DNA of 64,000 nucleotides from Octopus sinensis (lineage: Eukaryota): contig NC_043025.1 of NCBI RefSeq assembly GCF_006345805.1, positions 14,632,001-14,696,000 on the forward strand, in the 5' to 3' direction. This document shows positions 49,866-64,000 of this stretch, piece after piece. The translations under genes and the position numbers were made by a program. Positions within the stretch are counted from its first letter, which is position 1. Each line of letters opens with the position of its first letter. Below the pieces are notes generated by a model. The model saw only the letters and a program-made list of their open reading frames with translations, did not search any database and had not been told where the DNA came from.

Positions 49866-50625
49866 GGAGGGTCGGCTGGAAGGATCATATGCCGACCAAG
49901 ATACTCTCATGGAATGCGATCAAATGAGGCTTATTCTTTCGGTATAGGTCCCCTTGCGGTCTACACATTTCTTCCATCATTGCGGCAGTGCTTGGATCTC
50001 ATCGGTGAAGAAGCTTTCGCTCTGTTGGTTAAAGAAATCATCATCAGCAGATATGACGCCATCATCACTGCAAAACTGGTTCCCAGCCAAGGGTTCTTCT
50101 CATATTGAGGAACGGGTGGAACAAAATCCCGTCGTAACTGTTGAGGAACCAACAGAGAAGCTTGGATTTGGTCGACCAGTCTTTCAAGTCAGCGCTAGAA
50201 AGAAAACGGCCATCTTTGCTTTCAAGACGAAAGGTGTTCTTCAATCAGGATAATGCTCGGCCACATACAGCGAGGATGACATTCCAAAGGCTGGGACAGT
50301 TTGAATGGGAAACGATTCTCCCTCCACCATATTCGCTGGACATGGCCCCATCTGATTATCATTTATTCCGCAGTTTTCAAAATCATTTGGATGGAAGAAA
50401 ATATAAATTCTGTAGTCGAGGTTCGAACAGTACTGGAGGAATATTCTTCGTCACGGACAAATGAGTTTTGGAAGAGGGTCCTTGCAAGTCTACCAGAGAA
50501 ATGGATGAGCATTGTAAGAAATGAAGGAGAGTCTATTTTAGATTAAAAAAAGAACTTTATTTATTTTAATTTTAAAAAATAAATGAAGTATTAAAAAACT
50601 GCATTATTTATGGAAGGACCCAATA
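49866..50625 (+). mobile_element. Internally deleted mariner relic(s)
   Basis: VFFNQDNARPHTA...PPYSLDMAPSDYHLFRSFQNHL (catalytic motifs 2 and 3). The middle of the transposase is missing. TIR-like end ...gacccaata. Confidence 0.8.
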
Positions 50626-51959
50626 CTATCTACTTTTCCTCTGAGAGCGAGAAAGTCTTTTTGTTGCCAATAGAAGCAGCAGCTCTCTGAACTTTCTCCA
50701 TCCTATTCGTATTCGAAAAACAATAGTTTCAAAGCACCCCCCCCCCATTGCTAGTCTGGTCGCCTAGGTAACAGAAAGCATCTACTACTGCAAGAGAACC
50801 TCCTGGACATTTGAGAGTGTTTAAGTCCTCTCAAAAACGTTTCCTATAAACAAATTTAAAAGATATATACACAATGGGCTTTGCTCACCCTGGGGCTATA
50901 ATGTGTGTATGTATGTGTGTGTGTGCGTAATATATTTATAGGCGCATACATACGATGAGCTTCTTTCAGTTTCCCTCTATGAATTCCATTCAAGGGTCTT
51001 GACCTGGAGCTATAGTACAAAATACCTGTCCAAAATACCACGCTATAGGATTGAACTCAAAGCCATATGGTTGGGATACACACTTCTTACCACAGTCAAT
51101 AATCCTTAACTAATATTTTGGTCATTGAGAAAGAAAGAAAGAAACTTTTCGAAGGATACGTCCTAACTTGGTTGCGGATTGTTCTGTCACTTCTTTTGGG
51201 CAGAAGAAAGACAACTTCACACCCCATATGGTTGATTACAATGCGCGTATTATGTTATAACGAGGGATCTAGTTGAACCGGTAGATTTCACAGTCTTAAA
51301 TTTATCTTGGATATTCCTGCAATTTTTCAAAGCATGCTATTTCTCCAGAACGAAAATTCTCCAAAAGAAATCGCTACCAGTCACGACAGAAGGATAAATT
51401 TTAGATTGTCTGTTCAATATAACTTGTAATTGTCTCAGAATCTGGAACGTTTACCATGTGGTTGTTGTTCGTGTTGCAGAGGAGCAGACATTTACCCATC
51501 TTCAGCTGTATGTTCTTGGTGTATTGGCAGTATTTGTCTGGATGCAATAATGAAGTTATTTCTACTTTGAATGAAGTAACACACGATATTATATATACCT
51601 ATTTCTTTACTGCGCACAAGGGGCTAAACACAGAGAGGACAAACAAGGACAGACAAACGGATTAAGTCGATTATATCGACCCCAGTGCGTAACTGGTACT
51701 TATTTAATCGACCCCGAAAGGATGAAAGGCAAAGTCGACCTCGGCGGAATTTGAACTCAGAACGTAACGGCAGACGAAATACCGCTACGCATTTTGCCCG
51801 GCGTGCTAACGTTTCTGCCAGCTCACCGCCTTATGATATTATATATACCATAGATATCTACATATTTGTGAACACACACATACACACCAACGAAGAAACT
51901 CGAACCATGTAATTCCAACCAATTTACCCAGACAACAAAACCAGTCCCCTAAACAATTA

Positions 51960-52330
51960 ATAACACTGACAATTTCTAGTTACAGCAAATATTTTTTAGA
52001 CTGAGTGGAGAGAAACAGGGTCACACGTTGGAACAAGACGCAGAAGAAACCCAGAGAAATAAATTTATCAATGAAAATTATCTCTGCAACGAAAATCAAT
52101 ATACCTACGAAAGGATTAAAATTTACCTCAACACCACAAAGATCGAACCAGGACGAAATTAAAGACAATATTTTGGAATTCTGCAGGAAACCACGACTTA
52201 CAGAAGCCCGAACTGACCACAAAACACGAGGATGAATCACGGGTTAAAAACAGATGTAATTATCTTCCACCTTAAAAGCACGAATAAAAGACTGGATTAC
52301 TTCTGCGACAATATCCCAAATTCCCTACAT
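51960..52330 (+). mobile_element. Penelope-like element N-terminal ORF relic
   Basis: KGLKFTSTPQRSNQDEIKDNILEFCRK resembles the KGL.F.PTP motif of Penelope ORFs. Confidence 0.5.
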
Positions 52331-52589
52331 ACTTTCTATAGGCGTAGGAGTGGCTGTGTGGTAAGTAGCTTGTTTACCAACCACATGGTTCCGGGTTCAG
52401 TCCCACTGCGTGGCACCTTGGGCAAGTGTCTTTTACTATAGCCTCGGGCCGACCAAAGCCTTGTGAGTGGATTTGGTAGACCGAAACTGAAAGAAGCCCG
52501 TCGCATATATGTATATATATGTATGTGCGTGTATATGTTTGTCCCCCAACTCGAATTGACAACCAATGCTGTCTGTCTGTCTATCTAAT

Positions 52590-53140
52590 CTTGGTGGATT
52601 CTTCCTTTTCGCCTTCGGCCCAGTGCGTCCATGCTGCCAACAAAGCACGCGGAGTTCTGTTCTTGATTCGCCGGTCATTCGGAATGCTCACAGCAGCCAT
52701 ATTTTTACCGCTCTATGTCACGCTGGTGAGACCCATATTGGAGTACGGGATTCAAGCCTCTTCTCCTTATCTCCTCAAAGACATACAGCATTTCGAAAGT
52801 GTTCAGAAGCTGGCTACCCGCATGGTTCTTGGTCTCAAGAATTTGTCTTATGAAGAAAGGCTGTTCTTCACTCCTGCGCCAGAGCGTCGGCTGCGGGGTC
52901 ACTCCGAAAAGCTCTATCTGCGACGATTTCATCTCAATCGAAGGAGAGGGGTTTTCTCCGTCCGGGTTGCGGATCCGTGGAATAAGCTGCCAGACGAGAT
53001 AGTGAAGATGCCGACGACCGCTCGGTTCAAAATCTCTCTTGTCCAGAAATGGCCTGAACTCTTTACATGAACACCACCCTGTACATAACTCCATGTCCCC
53101 CTACATGGCCTTGCTTTTTGCTTTTTGAGCCAAAAAATTA
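52590..53140 (+). mobile_element. CR1-type LINE 3' fragment
   Basis: LYVTLVRPILEYG...ESVQKLATRMV...YEERL...RRLRGH...PWNKLP, with a tail running into (TATC)n. Confidence 0.92.
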
Positions 53141-53147
53141 ACTTAAC

Positions 53148-53217
<70 letters not shown>

Positions 53218-53218
53218 G

Positions 53219-53281
<63 letters not shown>

Positions 53282-54134
53282 GTCTATCTATCTCTGTATC
53301 TGTCTGTCTATCTATCTCTGTATCTGTCTGTCTGTCTTTCTGTCTGTCTGTCTGTCTGTCTGCTTGTCTGTCTGTCTCTGTCATACATACATACACATGT
53401 GTGTATAAGTAGCACAATTTACACACACACGCCTACACGCAAACATACACACACACACACACACGCAGACACACCTACACACACACACACTGCAGGTCAA
53501 AGAATGGCACCAAAAGCCTGTCCCACATCCATTGTCAGATTTCTGGCAACTGTACTCAATGACCCCCGGGGTGCTGCCGGACAAGACAATAAGTACGTCA
53601 TGGTGACGGGAACAACCGGAATACTGACGGAGGGGGGGGGGCAGGGAGGGCATTATCAACCTCATTATCATTATATGGGACTCTGTGTGTGTGTGTATAA
53701 TAAATGTATATATACCTATATCTGCATATGAATATGTAGGTGTGTATGTTGATATCAAGGTGTGTGTATACATACATACATTCGTAATGTGTGTGTATAT
53801 GGGTATACATATTTTATATATATGTGCGTACATACGCATTATGTATAGATTTGCGTATAATCTCGGCACTTTGTATGTGTATATATACATATATACACAC
53901 ATTAATATATAACATAAAGAATATGTATTTACACTCGCACACGTATTGCATACACGCATATTTATGTTTTGACAGGTTTACACACATGTATACATATATA
54001 TAGTATACACCCATTCACTCCCCTGAACGTTGAGGGTGCCTGTGTGAACATGGCACGAGTCCGGTTGCCTTTGAGAATCAGGAAACTCTCTTGTAGGTTT
54101 ACAAAGCGTGTTGATAACTATATATATGTGTGTA

Positions 54135-54185
<51 letters not shown>

Positions 54186-54700
54186 TAGATAGATAGATAG
54201 ATATATAAATACACACACACACATACATATATAAGTATGTATATAGGCGTAGGAGTGGCTATGTGGTAAGTAGCTTGCTCACCAACCACATGGTCCCAGG
54301 TTCAGTCCTACTGCGTGACACCTTGGGCAAGTGTCTTCTACTATGGCCTCAAGCCGACCAAAGCCTTGTGAGTGGATTTGTTAGACGGAAACTGAAAGAA
54401 GCCCATCATATATTTGTGTGTGTGTGTGTGTGTGTGTGTGTGGAGGCGCAATGGCCCAGTGGTTAGGGCAGTGGACTCGCGGTCGTAGGATCGCGGTTTT
54501 GATTCTCAGACCGGGCGTTGTGAGTGTTTACTGAGCGCAAACACCTAAAAAGCTCCACGAGTCTCCGGCATGGGGTGGTGATCCCTTCTGTACTCTTTCA
54601 CCACTCTTTCTTCTGCTGGCCTGCTCGCTTAGCCAGCGAGTCATTCGAAGGCTAAAACAATGCAAACACATTGTGACCAGCGATGTGTCGGTCACGTGAT

Positions 54701-54734
<34 letters not shown>

Positions 54735-54821
54735 CTGTACGTGTGTATGTGTGTGTATATATATGTGTATATATATATGTATGTGTATATATATGTGTGT
54801 GTGTGTGTATGTATATATATG

Positions 54822-54860
<39 letters not shown>

Positions 54861-54883
54861 GTGTGTGTATATATTTATGTGTC

Positions 54884-54921
<38 letters not shown>

Positions 54922-55035
54922 CACACACGCTTGCATATTCATATTTACTTCTCCTTTCAAAAACTTCGTTTTTATTTATTGGTCTCGTCATCTCAATATT
55001 TTTTATTAACGATGTTATGTTTTATTTCTCCGATT

Positions 55036-55073
55036 TCGTCTGAAGAACGGAACCGTGAAACTTACTGCCATGG
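55036..55073 (+). ncRNA. Degenerate hammerhead-like motif
   Basis: tcgt-CTGAAGA-ACGgaacCGT-GAAAC-ttact-GCC-atgg. The cleavage triplet reads GCC rather than GUC. Confidence 0.4.
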
Positions 55074-57070
55074 AAGTGACTACGTTGTCGAGAAATACGT
55101 TATTCGTTGTATCCTTCCATCTTGTATCACACTCACATTTGTTGATGAACTGTTGATTAATTAACGAGTCAGTGCTCCTCTGTTTATTTGGTAGCCTGAT
55201 GAGTTGGGAGTTACGTAACATATTATGCAATCTAATTGAAGTACGTTTATCTCGCAAAGACTCGTAACAAAACGATTGTAGCAAAACTAGGGAACCCATT
55301 CGTGTTGTTTATTTATTTATTTATTTATCATTATGATATACATACATCACCTGTGTGGCAGTGATGCTCGTTTATAGCCATCATATGATGTCTAGACAGG
55401 GGTACACACACACACGTGTAGGTATGTGTGTACGTGGATATCCTTGTGTGGACATCACGTGATGCTTTAAACAAACACCGCCGTCATTCAACCAATGCAA
55501 TGCGTTTGCCATCTTGCTTGGAAACACGTGAGGGTTAACGACAGCTAGGGTATCCAGCCGTAGAAAATCTGCCTCAAATTCTGTCTGACTCTTGCAAGTA
55601 TGGAAAAACTGGACGTTAAGTGATGATGAAGTGGATGAAAGCGATGTGTTCCGCGTGCTAATCAAAACCTACCTGTTAATAGTCATTGCTTACAGCCTTC
55701 ATTTTCTTCTGCATCGTATATTTCGCATTCATCAATTGACCAATATTTTTGTCGCTCAGTTCACTTCCGCTGTTCTCTAAAGAGAAATCATAAACCAACA
55801 AATTCAGTTTCATTACCTTTTACTATAACATAACTCAGAGATATCATATATATATTTTTTATTGCTCTCCCTTTCGTAATATGTCTCTTTATCTTGAATA
55901 AGAGCTTATGCTCAAAACATTGATAGTTCTTTTACTTTTTTTACAACGTGGCATTATACATTGATTTTGCATTCATTTTTAAATTACTGATGTGTCAGCA
56001 GTGATTATTTTTCATGCTAAATTTTACCATGGAGTATACCCATAGATTTTAACCGTTTATAATATTTATAAATTAAATTTATAAATGAAATTGAAAATTA
56101 ATCATAAATCTGTAAATGAGATTTATTACATGCATAAGATCACAAGACGGTCGCGGGCGGCTATCAATTTATACATCCTCAAAGTGGACTGGAAGAGAGG
56201 GATCGACTTGACAGCCGTTTCAAGTATCTTTGTATTCTCCTTAGCAATTACTTTTTCTTCATTAACTGTCAGCGATTTTGCATAACCACGACCAGCGTTT
56301 ACGACCGTCTTATGTATTTAACACATTTAATTCATACACAGACGGCTAAAATGTGTAGATTTACTCCATATTAACGTTTAGTTATTAAATTTTAGATATT
56401 TTAAAATCTGAATTTTGTTCATAAAAATCGATAATAAAATCTTTGGATTATGGATCACTCCATTGTTATCCTTCTGCCATATTTTGCTTCATTCGCTGGA
56501 CTGCGGCCAAACTGGAGCATCACTTTCAAGCGTTTAGTCACACAAATCGAGCACAGTGCTTCGTTTATAAGCCTGGTATTTATTTTCTCAGTGGCTTTTG
56601 CCGAACCGTTAAGTTACAGGAGCGTAAACAAACCAACATCGATAGTCAAGTGGTGTGTGGGTATCAAACATAAAGATACATTTACCCACACAGCCTCTGT
56701 GTCACACACACACATTTATATACGACTGTCTTCCACTCAGTTTCCGTCTACCAAATTCACTCAAAAAGCTTTTTGGTTGGCCTGGGGCTATAGTTAGCGA
56801 ATACTTGACCAAGGGGCCACATGGTGGGACTGAACTTGAAACCACGTGGTTGCAAAGCGAACCTCTTGACCACAGCACCACGCCTTTTGTATTATATATA
56901 TATATATATTACAATCCAATTCTTATGTTGACTGTCAAATATTTTGTCCGACCCACTTCGAGGTGAGGGTCATGGAAAATTTAAAATAACACAGTGTATA
57001 TTTCTTTATTTTTGTGTGTATGTGGGGGAGGGGGGATCGTTTTTGCGTGCTCCCTTCACATTTGCCCCAG

Positions 57071-58182
57071 TTATCTGTGCATTTGACCGTTTCGGGCCCT
57101 TTCTTTGTTTTGTCCCTCGAGGATTTGCTCTTGCGCTGCTTCCATTTCAAATTGAACCCCGCTCTGGTGCCGCTGTTCGGGTGGTGTGTGAGGTGGCGTT
57201 TCGAGCGGATGGCTCTGTGCCGCCGCCGTCACCGCTGCCGCCCCGCCCCCGCCACCGCACACGTTTCCGAAGGTCACGAGTTCGCTGTGATGGTGGTGGT
57301 GGTGGTGGTGATGCTGTTGGTGGTTGTGAGACATATGTGACGGGGGTTGTGAAGACGGGAAGGGTGTCGGATGTGAAGACGGGTGGGGCGCCGACCGTGC
57401 CAGCGGCATTCCGCTGCCGAACAGTTCGTGCGGCGGCAGGTAGATTTGTAGGGCGCAGAACTGGTCCCTATTCACCGCGCTGTCGTAGTGTAAGATGCTG
57501 GGACGGGACCCCAAGGAATGTGACTCAACGACCCCTTCATTTTGGCCCAACAATTTAGGGTTACCCGTTGCACAATTAATACCACCACAGCTATTGTTGC
57601 TACTACTACTACTGCTACTATTGCTGCTGCTGCTGCTACTACTACTAATAGCATTATTACTACTACTAATACTATTGAGACTACACATGTTGTTATTATT
57701 ATTCTTGATTTGTGAGATTTTCGGAGGTGTGCTGTCCATAATATTTGAAATCGACCAGATTTTCGGTTTGGTATTTTGCGGACCCTGTATCCGAACCGCC
57801 GCCGCCGCCGCCGTTGTCATTGTCGTCATCGTCGAGGAAGGCGCGGCTGGAAGCGGAAGCGGAAGTTGACTTCTCTCGGATTTCGACTGTGGTTTCTCTT
57901 TCGTCACGTCACGGCCGCACTGAACGAAGAATTTCGCCGGGTCTGCTTTGGACGAGCAGAAAACTCCGCGACCCGTTTTGTTGGCGCCGATCAGAGCAGA
58001 CGCGGCCGTTGCTGGAGTCGAACTCTGGTCCATGCTATTCGAATTTGATTCATCCTCGACAGATGGTTCAGTTACAGTTTTGCTGTTGTCGTCCATCTTG
58101 TTATAATTATCGCCATCTTCGCTGTCAATACCATCACGAACATCAGGCTCACCATTATCATCGACTTTAACACGTTCGTCAC

Positions 58183-58218
<36 letters not shown>

Positions 58219-58557
58219 GATTATTGTCGTCATCATCATCATCACCATGAACATCAACATCACGTGCATCATCATCATCGTCGTCGTCATCGTGTTCACA
58301 TTCAATTTTCCTTGCAGACGATGAAACTGGAGACACAAACGGGTTTCTTTCTGGATGTGGGTGGCAGGAACTGCTCAGAGCTGGGCCTGCTATATTGAGC
58401 AGGGACGAAATCGGGTGGTAGCAAAGCCGTTTCGAAGAACTGTTAAAGTTTCCGTTTTCCTCCGGGTCATCCCGAACATTCAGAACGACTTCCGGTCGGA
58501 ACTGGTTCGGTGATTCGCCATCTTTTTCGTCCAAACCGGAAACGTCGAGTCTTTCTT
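57071..58557 (-). CDS. IRX: Iroquois (Irx) homeobox protein, large 3' exon with IRO box
   Basis: Acceptor ttttgcag (58558-58560 on - strand) is in frame, phase 1, with the homeodomain exon. The 487-aa ORF contains an IRO box (KPKIWSISNIM), ETPPHTPP and many homopolymer tracts. Stop at 57071; an internal donor before the stop cannot be excluded. Confidence 0.85.
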
Positions 58558-59297
58558 CTGCAAAATACGGAAAAAAATCAGAAAAAATGTATTTTTAGAA
58601 CAGGAATTTAAAATAAATGGGATTAAGTCACTTATAATTCGAAAACAACAACAACATGATAGTTATTCTTTCGACCATAGGTATAAGGCCTGAAATTTTG
58701 GGAGGGGCTAAATTGATTACATCGACCGCAGTATTCCACTGGTACTTAATTTATCGACCCCGAAAGGATAAAAGGCAAAGTCGACCTTGGCGGAATTTTA
58801 ACTTAGAACATAATGACGGGTGAAATACTGCTAAGCATTTCGGCCAGCGTGCTAACGGTTCCGCCAGCTCGCCGCCTTAATAATACTCTTTCTCTTTTTT
58901 TACTCTTTTACTTGTTTCAGTCATTTGACTGCGGCAATGCTGGAGCACCGCCTTTAATCGAGCAACTCGACCCCACAACTTATTCTTTCTTAGCCCAGTA
59001 CTTATTCTATCGGTCTCTTTTGCCGAACCGCTAAGTCACGGGGACATAAACACACCAGCATCGGTTGTCAAGCAATGCTAGGGGTACAAACACAGACACA
59101 CAAACACACACACGTATATATATTATACATATATACGACGAGCTTCATTCAGTTTCCGTCTACCAAATCCACTCACAAGGCTTTGGTCGGCCCGAGGCTA
59201 TAGTAGAAGACACTTGCCCAAGGTGCCACGCAGTGGGACTGAACCCGGAACCATGTGGTTGGCTAGCAAGCTACTTACCACACAACCACTCCTGCGC

Positions 59298-59298
59298 C

Positions 59299-59335
<37 letters not shown>

Positions 59336-59790
59336 GCCCTGATGCAGTCCCAGGCAGTGGCTCTCGTAGTTTCTGATCTTAACTGATTGAGAAGTGTTAT
59401 CATGTACATTGTTTTGTCTTGGTATAAAAGATAGGCTTGTATGCAAACACGTAAGTAGCAAAATCACATTCGATTGTCAAGGAAGCTTGCAAAGGGAACT
59501 TGGCATTAACCCTGAGAAAGATGAAGAACCTGAAACCTCTGCCACAAAACAAGTAAAATGGATCAAGCAATCTGCAAAATCGAACGGGCAGAAACAAATT
59601 GATGAGCGATGGAGCCAGGAGCCTCTGCATGGACAGTATATACTTCGAAGTCGAAATGCTGATGTAGATCAATCAACAACCCATCAGTGGCTGAGAAGTT
59701 CAGGACTGAAAGCAGAGACTGAAGGTTTCATATTGGCAGCACAAGACCAAAGCTTGCTCACAGAAAACTATCAGGCTAACGTTCTTTAAA
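59298..59790 (+). mobile_element. R4/Dong-like (RLE-type) LINE relic next to (TAA)n
   Basis: WSQEPLHGQYILRSRNADVD...WLRSSGLKAETEGFILAAQDQSLLT resembles the post-RT region of R4/Dong-clade ORFs. Dong elements target TAA repeats. Confidence 0.7.
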
Positions 59791-61199
59791 ATGATTCTGA
59801 CCCTTAGACATACTAATGACGCCCTGGAAAAATGGAAAAGTCTTTCACGTTTAGAACCTACGATCTTCGACAGAAAGGAACGAGGAAAGAAACCAGAAGA
59901 CGGAGAAAAAATGTGCCTGTGGTTATATTAGAATTGGACTGTTGCTAAGAAGCAACCACAAGGCACCGACTCATTTTAAAAGCGCAATAGCTGCTTTCAT
60001 GGGTTTTCACTGGTTTGGTGGTCAGGCTGTTAGCGTTGGTTATCACCAATAATTAGAGATCTCGGTTGAATTTGAACCCAGAGCGCAAACAGCCGGAGCA
60101 GAGGCAACACCTTCTGTGTGTGTGTATGTGTGTGTGTGTAGTCGTGTATGAATGCATATGTCCGTGTCAGTTAGGTATGTTTATATGCACACAACAAACG
60201 ATGGCTTGCATAATCCATATTTATAAGTATAAATGTATATATATTCACACACACACACACGATAACAGCTGATTACATGCGTAAACTGGTAGTTCTTTAC
60301 AAGACAATCACAACGAGTAAAATACAAAACAAAAACCAGACAAAAACACTGGAAACACACACGCGTATATTATTGAACAGATGCGATGGAAAGGCTATTT
60401 AAAATGCCACCTACTTTTTTCGCGATCAATGTAAACGAATATATCTCTATATAATAATATAATAATATATATTTATACATGTGTGTATGTACATATATAC
60501 ATATATTTATGTATGTATATATAAAAGAAAAGATTAAGTATGTATCCTTTTTATGAAAAGAAAAAAAATTCAAACAAAGCAGACGATTGCCAAACAGCCA
60601 TCTTTAATTGTCTCAGGCTTGCTCAATCTTTTGTATAAATTTTGTAGCATTTGGTGTTTTTTGGAAACAGTTCCAACGGCAAGGTTATTACAACTATCCA
60701 GCTGTGTCATCAATATATATATTTATAAAAATATATATATATATAACAAAAAAAAAAGCTGGATAAGAATGGAATCAACAATTTGATGTCTTTTACTTAG
60801 AATAATACACGAGCGATGCAGGTAAGGGAATGGGTGGGGGGCGAATGACGACAGTGAAAGCGTTATTGCAAATGGCCGACTTTGCTAAACTCCATTCTCT
60901 CTTCTCTTTTTTGTCTTTTCTTTCTCAGGAAATCTCGCAGGTGTTATATGCATATATACATGTATATCTTTTTTTTTGCTCGTGGTTTTAACAATTGAAG
61001 GTCTGAATGAGAAGCTGGACCTGCGGCTTTTGTTAATTTTATAAAGAACTTTTCATGTAAATGGATCACAATCGACAAAACACATCGATTTTAAATTTCT
61101 TCTCCGCCACCCCACACCCGCCTCGCCGTTCTTTTCTTTTCTTTCTCTATTTATCTATTTTCTTTTTAAAAAATCACTACTTCTTATGTCTCCGTATCT

Positions 61200-61227
61200 C
61201 GTCTATCTATCTATCTATCTATCTATG

Positions 61228-61286
<59 letters not shown>

Positions 61287-61339
61287 CTATCTATCTATCT
61301 ATCTCTATCTATCTATCTCTATCTATCTATCTATCTATG

Positions 61340-61376
<37 letters not shown>

Positions 61377-61377
61377 G

Positions 61378-61432
<55 letters not shown>

Positions 61433-61485
61433 CTATCTATCTATCTATCTCTATCTATCTATCTCTATCTATCTATCTATCTATG

Positions 61486-61526
<41 letters not shown>

Positions 61527-61555
61527 GTCTATCTATCTATCTATCTATCTACCAG

Positions 61556-61632
<77 letters not shown>

Positions 61633-61640
61633 CTATCTCT
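61200..61640. repeat. (TATC)n tetranucleotide microsatellite in Irx intron
   Basis: Direct reading. Similar arrays at 6500-6650 and 53140-53350. Confidence 0.97.
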
Positions 61641-61772
61641 CTCTATCTATATCTATATAATCCACGTTCGTACATACATAGGGAATTAGGATAAGAATAA
61701 TAGCGATTACAATTAATGAACACTGTAAAGAAAAGACAACAAATTGTATGGAACACACGTGTTTGATCATTC

Positions 61773-61817
<45 letters not shown>

Positions 61818-62142
61818 TGAGAGAGCAACACACTCAGGCACACACACACACATTCACGTATGTGTGCGTAATATGGTGGTACATCTTCATGTTTTCAGTC
61901 TCACAGGTGCAAGCGGATAAATATTACCTGTGTATATATATAGCACACGCACACACTCACACATACACACACATCTGTTGGGTTACCAACCTTGTCTCCA
62001 CTCTTTTGCCTTTAAAAACCCACTTTGCTCTTGTTATCGTCAACATCCGCCTTTCACCATGTGCAACTCGTAAACACCAGTCGTCTTTTTTCTCTTTCCC
62101 TGTTGCCCGCTCTGGGATCTTCTTCCTCTCTCTTCCTTCTTT

Positions 62143-62180
62143 ATGTTTTCCGACGAAGAGCTCCGCTCGAAACGTCATAC
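62143..62180 (+). ncRNA. Hammerhead-like motif (family B) in Irx intron, antisense to Irx
   Basis: tttt-CCGACGA-a-GAGCtccGCTC-GAAACGT-C-atac. GUC site; stem I poorly paired. Confidence 0.45.
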
Positions 62181-62273
62181 CTCCCTGCTTCCATCTCCTG
62201 AGCGCCTATTAATATAATACTGTAATTGTTCCTGTTGTTGTTGTTTTTTTGTTTCCCTTTTGGATTAAAATTA

Positions 62274-62304
<31 letters not shown>

Positions 62305-62550
62305 TCTTTTAACTTTTACCCTTTTACTTGTTTCAGTCATTGACTGCGGCCATGCTGGAGCACCGCCTTTAATCGAGCAACTCGACCCCGGGACTTATTC
62401 TTTTGTAAGCCCAGTACTTATTCTATCGGTCTCTTTTTGCCGAACCGCTAAGTAACGGGGACGTAAACACACCAGCATCGGTTGTCAAGCAATGCTAGGG
62501 GGACAAACACAGACACACAAACACAGACAACAAACACACACACATATATA

Positions 62551-62598
<48 letters not shown>

Positions 62599-62729
62599 GA
62601 CAGGCTTCTTTCAGCCCGAGGCTATAGCAGAAGACACTTGCCCAAGGTGCCACACAGTGGGACTGAACCCGGAACCATGTGGGTTGGGAAGCAAGCTACT
62701 TACCACACAGCCACTCCTGCGTATATGTG

Positions 62730-62787
<58 letters not shown>

Positions 62788-63741
62788 TGCGGTCACACAC
62801 ACATACATGCGACCACACGTTCACGCATTCGATCACATAATACATACACTACCACAAACATACAACACACTCTATCACAACCACACTGTCGCAAGCCACG
62901 CGCAAACATACACACAACAGTGTCATACAAAGACGATACAACACACTCAATGATGCCAAATAACAACGGTCACGTGACCACCACACATACATCACAACGC
63001 ACGTTATCATACTAATAAACACATTATCAGACAGACACACACACACGCACACACACAACCACAGTATATAAAATGTTAAGGGTTAAAGACCCTCTTCGGC
63101 CATGAATGATCATGGAATTGTCCCCTAGAAAATTTCCCTCCGAGGTACAAATCCGTTCTGAGCTCAAATTCCACCAAGGTCGACTTTGCCTTTCATCCTT
63201 TCGGAGTTGATTAAATAACTACCAGTTATGCACTGGGGGTCGATATAATCGACTTAATCCGTTTTTCTGTCCTTGTTTGTCCCCTCTGTGTGTAGCCCCT
63301 TCTGGGCAGTAAAGAAATATGATTATTTATAGAAGACCAGCAGTCGCCTACGCATACCCCACCTCTCCACACCATTATATGTACATAGGGCAAAGGGTAA
63401 AGCCCCTTCAGTCATCAATGAGGTACAAGTCCTGTCAAGATTGTTTAAGGAAGATGCATTCCATCCTCTCCTCTCCATGCCACTGATGTTATCCTAGGGA
63501 AAGGCAAAGGGGCCGATACAGCTTGGCACCAGTGACATCACAACTCAAGTCTACAGCTGAGTGAACTGGAGCAACGTGAAAATAAAGTGTCTTGCTCAAG
63601 AACACAACCCACAGCCCAGTCCGGGAATCGATCTCACTACGTCATGATTGTGAGCCCGACGCTTGAACCACTGAGCCAAATCACACACACACACACTATC
63701 ACTTGTATTTTCCATCGTCAAACACAACACAACAAACCCAC

Positions 63742-64000
63742 CTTCATCAAACAGCGACGAGTCGTCCTTCGGATCCGAACCCCGATCCGGATAGTAGTCA
63801 TGCCGTGGGTCGGAGCCGTCCTTCGCCGCCGCCACCACGTCGTCGTCGTCGTCTTTGTCCTTGCTCGACCAAGTCATTTTATTTTCCTTCTTCAGTCGGC
63901 GCCGGGCATTGGCAAACCAGGTGGACACTTGGGTGAGGGTCATTTTGGTGATAATCGCCAGCATGATCTTCTCACCCTTGGTCGGGTAAGGGTTCTTGCG
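63742..64000 (-). CDS. IRX: Iroquois TALE homeodomain exon (5' part beyond window end)
   Basis: [44 protein letters not shown] is the diagnostic Irx homeodomain, followed by an acidic stretch. Donor GAAG|gtgggt at 63741. Confidence 0.98.

Noticed and set aside
56944-57558. 204-aa + strand ORF and other ORFs overlapping Irx
   Set aside because: Antisense shadows of the GC-rich Irx coding exon.
59335-59400. HDV-like ribozyme at the putative R4/Dong 5' end
   Set aside because: Only a simple hairpin is evident; there is not enough room for P2/P3 between the candidate P1 strands.
59833-59875. Further hammerhead-like remnants (- strand CTGTCGA...TAAACGTG; also about 51130-51165)
   Set aside because: Three or more core positions are mutated, too degenerate to call, though possibly relics of the same families.

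Overview
Repeat-dense animal genomic DNA, rich in (TA)n, (CA)n, (TATC)n and trinucleotide microsatellites. The SINE/LINE repertoire looks like a coleoid cephalopod, probably Octopus (inference). Three intron-containing genes are partly present. (1) Three + strand exons of an ETO/MTG8/nervy (RUNX1T1/CBFA2T family) co-repressor at 528-2815; the gene stops mid-NHR2, before a 100-N assembly gap at 5282-5381. (2) Nine + strand exons forming the 3' half of EHBP1 (bMERB domain, C-terminal CaaX CSVQ) at 15465-25509. (3) The 3' part of an Iroquois TALE homeobox gene on the - strand at 57071-64000. The rest is mobile DNA: three tRNA-derived SINE families, RTE, CR1-type, R4/Dong-like and Penelope-like retroelement relics, a LINE ORF1 relic, a full-length decayed mariner, Helitrons and MITEs. 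The most notable unexplained signals are: about nine minimal hammerhead-ribozyme-like motifs of several sequence families, two with the compensatory U3-A8 core pair and one folded back into a perfect palindrome; an array of about 11 conserved cores with variable C-rich spacers just after the EHBP1 stop; and a 3' stem-loop shared, with compensatory changes, between a LINE and the dominant SINE. No real tRNA, rRNA or CRISPR was found. Boundaries of repeat copies are approximate, read by eye.
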